Below are positions 29,163 to 37,117 of a stretch of DNA of 64,000 nucleotides, in pieces; within the stretch, counting starts at the first letter, position 1; each line of letters opens with the position of its first letter. Both the position numbers and the translations under genes were made by a program. The notes below the pieces were generated by a model, which worked only from the letters and a program-made list of their open reading frames with translations, ran no database searches and was not told the origin of the DNA. This stretch comes from Eubacteriales bacterium (GTDB lineage: Bacteria; Bacillota; Clostridia; Oscillospirales; CAG-382), in contig JAZQFS010000064.1 of assembly GCA_045539625.1 (NCBI GenBank), forward strand, positions 4,891-68,890. The letters are read 5' to 3'.

Positions 29163-31958
29163 TTATCTTTTATAGGAAAGCTCCTCGGTAGCCTGAATAA
29201 CCTCTTCAAGCATTTCGGCAGCTCTGCCAATGTTGTCGATATAATTCTGATAAATCCATCTCCAGTGGTCGCTTGTCTGAGCTGCCTGCAGCTCTGCCGC
29301 ACGCTGCTTCTTTGCTTCAAGCTCGGTGTAGCCCTGACTTGTTACGGTTCTTTCAACCATCAACATCATCTGATAGTTGTATCCGAGGGTGTGACGGGCT
29401 GCATTGTCCTCGTCAAACTTTGTCATGGCAACATCTGTTTCCATCTCGTCAATGTAGCCTAACGAATACATAAATGACTGCGCCATAAGATGGTGTCCCA
29501 AGGTATTGGGGTGAACAAAGTCATTGCTTATATATTTCTGAGAACAGATGGGATACATATTTCCAAAGTGGTCAACAACCTTAAGGTCATTTTCCTTTGC
29601 AATTTCCTTAATTATTTCGGCACACTTTGCAAGTCCCACGCTTCTTTCGTATACGGTGTCTGTCACATCGTCATAAGGAGTGGGTGTACAAAGTATAACC
29701 TCAACGCCGTAGCCGAGAAGCTTGTCAACAATAGCTCTCATATTTGCTTCATATTGGTCAAGCTGAGCCTGTCTTCTTGCTTCTATTTCCTCGCTGTACT
29801 CGCCCTTCTTATAGTTACCGCCCGAAATATCATTCATACCGAACATAATGGCAACGATATCGGGGTTGTAGCCCATAAGCTCAGAATCGATTCTGTTAAG
29901 ACCGCCTGCCGCAGTATCTCCGGGAATACCTACGTTATACATTTCAATTCTTCCCATTTCCTTGTCGCTGTCAAGGTAAACCTGGAAAAGCTCCTTGATG
30001 TAGGTGCCGTTCTGGGTAATACTGTCACCGAAGAAGCATACCGTCTTATTGGGAAGATTTTTTGTCTTGTTAAGAATATTCATTACATATTCCTCTCTGT
30101 TACCGTCATCGTATGCGTTCTGTGCAATATCACGGATACTTCTTACGATTTCATCTCCGTAGGAGTAGTTTTCCCCTACCTTTGCATACGCTCTTACAAC
30201 AAGCTTATTCTGATATGCAGGCTCGCCGATTTCGGTAAGCACCCCTGTAAAGAATATGCCTTCAACGTCCTTCCAGTAAGCACTGCCGAACACCGAGCCG
30301 TCTGTTGCATACACTTCATCAATACCCTTTTCCTTATTGTAAGCCGCACCGTAAACATACTTTACTCCGTCAGGACTTGTGCCCGAAGTGTCACTTGTGT
30401 TTGTGCCAAATACAAGCTGATTGTCGCCAAGGAGAGATTTTCTTGTTACGATAAAGCCGTACTCGTCTGCATCAGCCTTATTTTCGTTTGTAATATAGCC
30501 TGCAAATCTCATACCCTGCTTGCCTTGTGTACGGATACTGTTCTTTCTGATTGTTACGGGACGGAACTTGCTCCAGACTGCGGTAATTGTAAGAGAATCG
30601 GCGTCGCCTGTGCTTAACTTTTCGCCTGCCTTGTAAATTTTGGTATCAATGCTGTTCTTCCAGCCGTCAAAGGTATGGCCTTCCTTTGTAAGGGTACATT
30701 CGGGCAAGGTCAAAACCGAGTTTTTAACAAAACAGATTTCGGGAACCGTACCCTCGGCACCGCCTGCATTTACCGTTGCATAAATATATGGCTTGAAGTA
30801 AGCACGGATATTATCAAGGTAAATCTTTTCATCTTCAAGAAGATTTGAGCCGCCGAATCTGAAATAATTTACGGACACAAGATTTGGCTTTTCATTTGTT
30901 CCGTGAACCGCCATGGGCGTCTGCCATCTCTTTGCTGTTATGATGTTGGTTTCGTCACGGTAGCGGTTGTCGCCGGATGCTGCAGGATTGCAGGTAAAGC
31001 CGTTATGGAAAGCCCATTTCTGTGCAGTTTCCACTTCGGTATACGCATCCATAAGCATTGTGAATTCGCCCGGTTCCTCAAGCTTATAGCCAACACTGAT
31101 AAAGGGATACTTGTATGAGCCCTTACTTATAAGCTCAACAACCTTTGTTGTGTTAGTGCCTGTTCCGTTTACAACCTTATAGGACTTACACTGGTCAGCA
31201 GGTGCCATACCTGTTGAGCCTGCCTTGCAGTAGTAAACGGTTGAAGGAACGGAGTCGATTTCATAGCTTTCAAAATCGTCAAACAAAAGACATTCGCCGT
31301 AAAGCTTTTCTTCTTCAAGCACCCACTGAGGTTTAACGGGAACGGCAGGAGTTTCGGGCTCGGGAGTCGGTGCAGGCTCGGGCTCAGGCTCTTCACCGGG
31401 GAATTTTACATAGTCAAGAGCAAACTTTTTTCCCGTGCCGTTTTCGGGGTCAATTCTTAAAGATGTAACAATACCCTTCCAGTAAGGAACATCATCTCTG
31501 TCAATTGTCAGTGTTACAAAATCATCAAGACTGCCGCTTGACTGGAATTTGAATCTTCTTGAGTTTGCAACGTAGCTCTGCTCGCCGGTGTCTCCCTTTT
31601 CCCAAGGCTTACAGAACCAGCTTCCGTCCTCGGGATTCTTGGAAGTAAAGAATATTTCAAGAGTTCCGCTTGTGATCTCGGTTGCAAATCGTATTTCAAT
31701 CTGCTTGCACTTATCTGCATTTACAACGCCGTAAGGTGATTTTACGGGATCATACGGTCTGCTGATATAAATCTGAGGATCGGCGTCTGTCATATCAAAG
31801 GTCAGAACACCGTTTTCAACCTTGCCGTTGGCTGTGTGTCCGCCGATAGAGGCATATCCCATTGCGCCGTCGTCGAAATCCACGGTAATTGCACAGGCAC
31901 ATACCGCAAGCACAGCACACATAACAAGTGCAACTGTCATACCAAATAATCTTTTCAT
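29163..31958 (-). CDS. Secreted modular SGNH hydrolase (RLD-type domain, CBM-like domain, B-repeat-like unit, shared SIR..G.RF domain, SGNH)
   Basis: AGGAG RBS and signal peptide. PEP linker. FFGDSIT, NVGIPG, GMND and DFVHP blocks. Confidence 0.8.
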   Translation of the reverse strand: MKRLFGMTVALVMCAVLAVCACAITVDFDDGAMGYASIGGHTANGKVENGVLTFDMTDADPQIYISRPYDPVKSPYGVVNADKCKQIEIRFATEITSGTLEIFFTSKNPEDGSWFCKPWEKGDTGEQSYVANSRRFKFQSSGSLDDFVTLTIDRDDVPYWKGIVTSLRIDPENGTGKKFALDYVKFPGEEPEPEPAPTPEPETPAVPVKPQWVLEEEKLYGECLLFDDFESYEIDSVPSTVYYCKAGSTGMAPADQCKSYKVVNGTGTNTTKVVELISKGSYKYPFISVGYKLEEPGEFTMLMDAYTEVETAQKWAFHNGFTCNPAASGDNRYRDETNIITAKRWQTPMAVHGTNEKPNLVSVNYFRFGGSNLLEDEKIYLDNIRAYFKPYIYATVNAGGAEGTVPEICFVKNSVLTLPECTLTKEGHTFDGWKNSIDTKIYKAGEKLSTGDADSLTITAVWSKFRPVTIRKNSIRTQGKQGMRFAGYITNENKADADEYGFIVTRKSLLGDNQLVFGTNTSDTSGTSPDGVKYVYGAAYNKEKGIDEVYATDGSVFGSAYWKDVEGIFFTGVLTEIGEPAYQNKLVVRAYAKVGENYSYGDEIVRSIRDIAQNAYDDGNREEYVMNILNKTKNLPNKTVCFFGDSITQNGTYIKELFQVYLDSDKEMGRIEMYNVGIPGDTAAGGLNRIDSELMGYNPDIVAIMFGMNDISGGNYKKGEYSEEIEARRQAQLDQYEANMRAIVDKLLGYGVEVILCTPTPYDDVTDTVYERSVGLAKCAEIIKEIAKENDLKVVDHFGNMYPICSQKYISNDFVHPNTLGHHLMAQSFMYSLGYIDEMETDVAMTKFDEDNAARHTLGYNYQMMLMVERTVTSQGYTELEAKKQRAAELQAAQTSDHWRWIYQNYIDNIGRAAEMLEEVIQATEELSYKR

Positions 31959-32103
31959 TTGTTTTCTCCTTTTCAACAAATATATGTATACTGAAACACA
32001 AATATATATTAACACACTACAAAAAAATGTCAATTACAAGATATTAATATCGTTCTGCATTTCAGCTCAGGCTGCCCTCAAATTTATTAAAAACATTCAA
32101 ATT

Positions 32104-32802
32104 TTACTTGCCGCCACTTTGTCTTTTTTCCATTTTCATCCAGCAGTAAAAGCCGTACAGGTCATTTGCAAGAAATGCCGCAAAGCAGATAACAACCGAA
32201 ACGTAGGATATATCGTAAAAGGATGCCATTATCCACAAAACAATAAGAACAATGTCATTAAGTGCATAAACAAGAGCATAGTAAGGGCTTCTTCTGAAGG
32301 TAAGATAAGCGGCACAAAAGCTTGTTGTTACCGAAACGGTGCTGGGGGCAAGATTACTTGTACCAAGCTCTTTAAGAATAAAGTAAAATATCACCGTCAT
32401 GGCAAGGGTGAGAAAAGAAAGGAATATCCATTCTTTCTTTGATATCCTGTTAACCCTGACAACAGACCTGTTGCCGTTGTACGGATTTTTCAGCCACGAC
32501 ACAAGCGAAAACACCGCCATAGGCACTGTCATACCGATATATGTTATCATTTCTCCGTAATATGAAAATGAATAAGATATAACCCCATACAAAGAACCGA
32601 AGACTATCATCAGCACCTGTCCGAAGGGATTGCCCTTGGCACAGAATATAAGGCTCGTAACTCCTACAAGGGAGGCTATAAGCGTAAGTGTGCTTCCTCT
32701 GTCAAAAATAAGATAGGACAAGGTTATCAGAAGCACCGACACCGTCCACAGAATTTTCTCCGTTTTTGTAAAACTGCCGTATATCTTTTTTACCGTATTC
32801 AT
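32104..32802 (-). CDS. pnuC: PnuC-family transporter
   Basis: About 7 TM helices; SLIFCAKGNP.GQ, YYGEMITY and YALNDIVLIVLW. Confidence 0.8.
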   Translation of the reverse strand: MNTVKKIYGSFTKTEKILWTVSVLLITLSYLIFDRGSTLTLIASLVGVTSLIFCAKGNPFGQVLMIVFGSLYGVISYSFSYYGEMITYIGMTVPMAVFSLVSWLKNPYNGNRSVVRVNRISKKEWIFLSFLTLAMTVIFYFILKELGTSNLAPSTVSVTTSFCAAYLTFRRSPYYALVYALNDIVLIVLWIMASFYDISYVSVVICFAAFLANDLYGFYCWMKMEKRQSGGK

Positions 32803-32814
32803 AAAATCCTCCGT

Positions 32815-32905
32815 AAAAAAAAGCATCCGTCCTTCACATCTTCTAAGACCTAACGATGTGAAAACGAATGCCTGACTGCATTTTTCTACCCGGTGGCAGA
32901 TTCAA
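32815..32905 (-). ncRNA. Guanidine-IV riboswitch
   Basis: P1 UCUGC-CACCGG-GUAGA, then a long terminator hairpin with an AGGUCUUAGAAG loop region and U8. Lies between a promoter and pnuC, a known gene partner of this class. Confidence 0.8.
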
Positions 32906-32922
32906 TATTTATTTCCTTGCGT

Positions 32923-32951
32923 ATTATAGCACGTATTTTTGCAAAAATCAA
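32923..32951 (-). promoter_or_regulatory. Promoter of riboswitch-pnuC
   Basis: TTGATT-17 bp-TATAAT. Confidence 0.75.
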
Positions 32952-33000
32952 GGGCTTTTATAATAAAGTTAATCATATTCATAATTGCATCAATTCATTT

Positions 33001-33015
33001 TTGTAATCGTTACAA
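33001..33015. promoter_or_regulatory. PerR/Fur-like box TTGTAATCGTTACAA
   Basis: Palindromic. Identical to 35209..35223. Confidence 0.7.
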
Positions 33016-33030
33016 TTTACAATTTGTACA

Positions 33031-33059
33031 TTGATTTTTGCAAAAAGACATAGTATAAT
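33031..33059 (+). promoter_or_regulatory. Ferritin promoter
   Basis: TTGATT-17 bp-TATAAT. Confidence 0.75.
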
Positions 33060-33134
33060 AGTACCGTAAAGAGAAAACAACCTCTCTTGACACCGCAGAC
33101 AATTAATATTAATCAATATAATGAGGTGACAGAA

Positions 33135-33647
33135 ATGTTGGACGCAAAGGTTTCACAGTTAATCAACGAGCAGATAGCAAAGGAGCTTTACTCAGCTTAT
33201 CTCTATCTTGACTTTTCAGTATTCTATGAAAGAGAAGGTCTTGACGGCTTTGCTAACTGGTATATGGTTCAGGCACAGGAGGAAAGAGACCATGCGATGC
33301 TTATGTTAAAGTATCTTCAGCTTAACGGCGAAAAGGTAACTCTTCTCCCCATCGACAAACCCGACAAGGAGCTTAAGGCTCTTATGGATCCCTTAAAGGC
33401 AGGTCTTGAGCACGAGCAGTACGTAACAAGTCTTATACATACAATTTACGATGCTGCATATACTGCAAAAGACTTCAGAACAATGCAATTCCTTGACTGG
33501 TTTGTAAAGGAACAGCTTGAAGAAGAAAAGAACGCCGACGATATGATTAAGAAAATGGAGCTTTTCGGCACAGATTCCAAAGGTCTTTACAGCCTTGACA
33601 GCGAATATGCTGCAAGAATCTACACTGCTCCCTCGCTTGTACTTTAA
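33135..33647 (+). CDS. ftnA: Non-heme ferritin
   Basis: ELYSAYLY, QAQEERDHA, EHEQYV, FLDWFVKEQLEEE. GAGGTG RBS before ATG 33135. Confidence 0.9.
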   Translation: MLDAKVSQLINEQIAKELYSAYLYLDFSVFYEREGLDGFANWYMVQAQEERDHAMLMLKYLQLNGEKVTLLPIDKPDKELKALMDPLKAGLEHEQYVTSLIHTIYDAAYTAKDFRTMQFLDWFVKEQLEEEKNADDMIKKMELFGTDSKGLYSLDSEYAARIYTAPSLVL

Positions 33648-33678
33648 TTAAAATTATAATTTTTGGAGGTATTTAATT

Positions 33679-33834
33679 ATGAAAAAGTATATTTGCCCTT
33701 GCGGATACGAGTATGATCCCGAAGTAGGAGATCCCGAAAACGGCATTGCTGCAGGTACTGCATTTGAAGATCTTCCCGAAGACTGGGTATGCCCCGTTTG
33801 CGGACTTGACAAGGACGCTTTTGAGGAAGAATAA
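33679..33834 (+). CDS. rub: Rubredoxin (51 aa), missed by the ORF track
   Basis: [51 protein letters not shown]; GGAGG RBS. Confidence 0.9.
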   Translation: MKKYICPCGYEYDPEVGDPENGIAAGTAFEDLPEDWVCPVCGLDKDAFEEE

Positions 33835-33883
33835 TAACACACAATAACAATGTTCGGGCAGCTTGTGAATTATCGCAGGCTGC

Positions 33884-33912
33884 TTGACTTTTATCCCGGA
33901 TAATGGTATAAT
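33884..33912 (+). promoter_or_regulatory. fprA promoter
   Basis: TTGACT-17 bp-TATAAT with extended TG, directly after a hairpin at about 33857-33885. Confidence 0.7.
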
Positions 33913-33950
33913 TATCGGGACAAGCCAAAAAGCTCAAGGAGTGAAAGAAC

Positions 33951-35108
33951 ATGGAAATTTCAAGCACCGTAAAATACATAGGCATCAATGACAGAATAAT
34001 TGATTTATTTGAAGGACAGTATCCCGTACCACAGGGTATTTCCTACAATTCCTACATAATACTTGACGAAAAAATCGCAGTAATGGATACCATCGATGTA
34101 AAGTTTACGTCGGTCTGGCTTGACAACATCAAAGCTGTTCTCGGCGATAAAAAGCCCCACTACCTTGTTGTTCACCATATGGAGCCTGACCACTCGGCAA
34201 GCATTATGGACTTTGTGAAAGAGTATCCCGATGCTAAAATCGTTGCCTCCGCAAAGGCTTTCGGTATGATGAAACAGTTCTTTGACTATGATTTTTCCGA
34301 AAAGCAGATAACCGTAGGCGACGGAAGCACTCTTGAGCTTGGAAGCCGCACTCTCACCTTCTTTACCGCACCTATGGTACATTGGCCTGAGGTTATTGTT
34401 TCATACGACAGCCTTGAAAATATTCTGTTCTCGGCAGATGCTTTCGGCAAGTTCGGCGACCTTGATGCACAAGACAACTGGGACGATGAAGCAAGACGAT
34501 ACTACATCGGCATTGTAGGCAAGTACGGTTCTCAGGTGCAGGCACTTTTAAAGAAGGCTTTGGCTCTTGACGTTAAGATGATCTGCCCCCTTCATGGGCC
34601 CGTTCTCAAAGAAAACCTTGATCATTACATAGGTCTTTACAACACCTGGTCAAGCTACACTCCCGAGGAGGACGGCGTCGTTATTGCCTATACCTCCGTT
34701 TACGGCAACACCAAAAAGGCGGTTATGCTGTTAAAGGAAAAGCTGGAAGAAAAGGGCTGCAAAAATGTTGCCGTTTATGACCTTGCAAGATGCGACAAGT
34801 TCCTTGCAATCAGCGAAGCTTTCAGATACAGCAAGCTTGTTCTTGCAACCACCACCTACAACAGTGCAATATTCCCCTTTATGCAGACCTTTATAAACGG
34901 CCTTACCGAAAGAGGCTTCAAAAACAGAAAGGTTGCTCTTATCGAAAACGGCTCATGGGCACCTGTTGCCGCAAAGCTTATGCGTGATGCGCTTGAAGGC
35001 TGCAAGGATATAACATATTGCGAAAACAGCGTAAAAATTCTCTCGGCTCTTAACGGAGAAAGTCTTGACTGCCTCGAAGCACTCGCCAAGGAGCTTTCCG
35101 CCGAATAA
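33951..35108 (+). CDS. fprA: Flavodiiron protein (A-type flavoprotein)
   Basis: SYNSY, HHMEPDH, MVHWPE, FSADAFG, PLHGP and flavodoxin YTSVYGNT. Confidence 0.9.
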   Translation: MEISSTVKYIGINDRIIDLFEGQYPVPQGISYNSYIILDEKIAVMDTIDVKFTSVWLDNIKAVLGDKKPHYLVVHHMEPDHSASIMDFVKEYPDAKIVASAKAFGMMKQFFDYDFSEKQITVGDGSTLELGSRTLTFFTAPMVHWPEVIVSYDSLENILFSADAFGKFGDLDAQDNWDDEARRYYIGIVGKYGSQVQALLKKALALDVKMICPLHGPVLKENLDHYIGLYNTWSSYTPEEDGVVIAYTSVYGNTKKAVMLLKEKLEEKGCKNVAVYDLARCDKFLAISEAFRYSKLVLATTTYNSAIFPFMQTFINGLTERGFKNRKVALIENGSWAPVAAKLMRDALEGCKDITYCENSVKILSALNGESLDCLEALAKELSAE

Positions 35109-35175
35109 CATAATACTTTTGTCATATACTAAAGTCATGGATTTTTTCTATGGCTTTATTTTTTTCAAAAAACTA

Positions 35176-35241
35176 TTGACAAATAAAAAAATGTGTGATA
35201 TATTTTAATTGTAATCGTTACAATGTTATATCGATTACAAA
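35176..35241 (+). promoter_or_regulatory. Promoter plus PerR/Fur-like boxes
   Basis: TTGACA-17 bp-TATATT, then TTGTAATCGTTACAA (35209-35223) and a second half-match ending GATTACAA. Confidence 0.75.
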
Positions 35242-35279
35242 CGATGGTGAGTAAAAAACTGTAAAGGAGATGATTACAC

Positions 35280-35888
35280 TTGAAAAGACGTTTTATCGCA
35301 TTGGCTGCAGGGCTGACAACTGTGTTCGGAATTACCGCAGGCGTCATTGCCGCAGACAAGATAAAAGAAGTTTCGGCGCAGATAAGGCAAGACTTCACCG
35401 TAAAAATTGACGGCGAAGAAAAAGTTTTTAAAAATGCAAGCGGTGAGGTTGTATATCCTCTTCTTCACGACGGCACCACCTATCTTCCCGTCCGTGCAAT
35501 CGGAGAGATTATGGGCAAAAAGGTATACTGGTATGAAGATGACAAGAGAATTGAATTAAAGGACGAAAAATCCACCGTCACCGATGCCGACGTTATTGTT
35601 ACAGGCGAAAGCGGCAGCTCAGATCAAAAAAACGTGGTGCAAAAGCCCGTATCGGCAGAGCAGACGCAAAGCATCACCAAGGACAAGGCAAAGGAGCTTG
35701 CTCTTAAAAAAGCAGGCGTTGCCGCAAAGGATGCAAAATTTGTAAAAGTCGAGCTTGACAGAGATGACGGAGTACTTTACTACGACATCGAGTTTGAAGC
35801 AGGCAGCTATGAGTACGACATTGAAGTATCTGCCGATGACGGAAGTATTCTGTCCTTTGACAAAGAAAAAGAAGATATATTTGACTAA
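35280..35888 (+). CDS. Secreted protein with copper-amine-oxidase-N-like (stalk) domain and C-terminal PepSY domain
   Basis: Signal peptide; GTTYLPVRAIGE; ITKDKAKELAL...YYDIEF..YEYDIEVSADDGSIL. Confidence 0.8.
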   Translation: MKRRFIALAAGLTTVFGITAGVIAADKIKEVSAQIRQDFTVKIDGEEKVFKNASGEVVYPLLHDGTTYLPVRAIGEIMGKKVYWYEDDKRIELKDEKSTVTDADVIVTGESGSSDQKNVVQKPVSAEQTQSITKDKAKELALKKAGVAAKDAKFVKVELDRDDGVLYYDIEFEAGSYEYDIEVSADDGSILSFDKEKEDIFD

Positions 35889-35973
35889 AAAAAGGAGCAC
35901 TTGAATGCTCCTTCAGACCACTGACAAGCCCGTCAGTGGTCATTTTTTTACTGTCTTACCGAATTAAGAATAT
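35724..35973. repeat. 250-bp inverted repeat, copy B
   Basis: Contains the PepSY 3' end, two hairpins and the reverse complement of the last 26 nt of the fucosidase gene. Confidence 0.95.
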
Positions 35974-36210
35974 TTCGCCATGCTTCTACAGAAGTAATTT
36001 CCCAAGGGTACTGTGGAAATATTTATATATAAATTCCAAATTCAATAATACTTATCTGTACTTAAAATTGCGTAACAGCTTTATCAAGGCGAGCCTTATT
36101 TCAATTTTTAGTCAAAATTTGAAATGAGAACACAAAATTTTAGCTGTTATTTTCATTTAATCGCTTAAGTGATGATAAGTACACGAAACATTCTCATCAT
36201 AAAAACGCAT

Positions 36211-36242
36211 AAAAACGGAGGTTGAGCAACCTCAACCTCCGT
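36211..36242 (-). terminator. Intrinsic terminator downstream of the orphan rbr 3' end
   Basis: ACGGAGGTTGAG-GTTG-CTCAACCTCCGT followed by TTTT on the minus strand. Confidence 0.75.
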
Positions 36243-36270
36243 ATCAAATCGTATCTATTTGTATCTAATC

Positions 36271-36324
36271 TTACTTAAAATAGCGGTTTAAGAGTCCTTC
36301 AAACGCTTTGCCGTGGCGAGCTTC
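36271..36324 (-). pseudogene. Orphan recoded copy of the rubrerythrin 3' end (att-like)
   Basis: Encodes EARHGKAFEGLLNRYFK* versus [17 protein letters not shown] at 37118..37171. Confidence 0.85.
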
Positions 36325-37117
36325 ACAATGGGACTTGTTTACAGAACCCTTGATTTTACTGGGTTCCTGTAATTTTTTCTCATTTTGCCCACCAACTGCC
36401 CACCATTTTGTTTAGCCCACCATTTTGAAAAATAATCACAAAATATGTTAATGTTTTGTCTTCTAATTACTATGGGAATTATCAATCTTTTTTGTTGAAA
36501 TAAAACTTAATTTGTGACTTGTTGCCTATGGTCATTTTTTCATATGTAATTTTAATATCATTTCCTTCCCATTCAATATGAGTTAATGGGTATTTCCCTA
36601 TTGTTTTGTTTTCATTGGTAGTTTGTTTATAATTATCATCAAAATACTCAACCATTTCATCTATATTTTCGGTAGAGCAAGTCGATACATCATAAATAAC
36701 TCTTGAAAGAGAATCATCATCAAAATAGAACACAGAAATAACATCTTCATTTTCAAAGAATTCAACATTTTGTCTTTTATATCCTACCATATTGTTATCT
36801 TTATCTTCTCCAAAAAACTCATCATTATAACATAACTTTTCAATATCTTCGTATGACATATCAAATTTGAAATCAAGTACATTATTATCACTACCACAAG
36901 ATGACATCATAAAAATAGATAATACAACACATAGCAAACATAATATTTTTTTCATAATACAATTAACTCCTAACATTAATTTTAATATACTGTTTCATAA
37001 ATTATACTACATATTTGTCAAAAAATCAATGGTTTAACAAAAATACACATAAAAGAAACAAAAGAAATAAAAAACCCACCAACCTAAAATGATTGGTGGT
37101 TGGTGGGTTGGGTTATC
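36325..37117. mobile_element. Putative integrase-less islet inserted at the rbr 3' end
   Basis: Bounded by the two rbr 3' ends. AT-rich. CCCACCA repeats at both ends. One cargo gene. Confidence 0.6.
36482..36955 (-). CDS. Hypothetical lipoprotein, AT-rich
   Basis: MKKILCLLCVVLSIFMMSSC lipobox. A sampled 60-nt line has 28% GC. Confidence 0.75.
   Translation of the reverse strand: MKKILCLLCVVLSIFMMSSCGSDNNVLDFKFDMSYEDIEKLCYNDEFFGEDKDNNMVGYKRQNVEFFENEDVISVFYFDDDSLSRVIYDVSTCSTENIDEMVEYFDDNYKQTTNENKTIGKYPLTHIEWEGNDIKITYEKMTIGNKSQIKFYFNKKD

Noticed and set aside
28189-35973. DGR template/variable repeat pair: the fragment copies a gene 3' end, and 3 of 4 differences are A in the fragment versus G in the gene
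   Set aside because: No reverse transcriptase or Avd gene in the window. One difference is not at an A and one is in the terminator. Most adenines are unchanged, and the repeat extends into a neighbouring gene. Ordinary transitions explain it.
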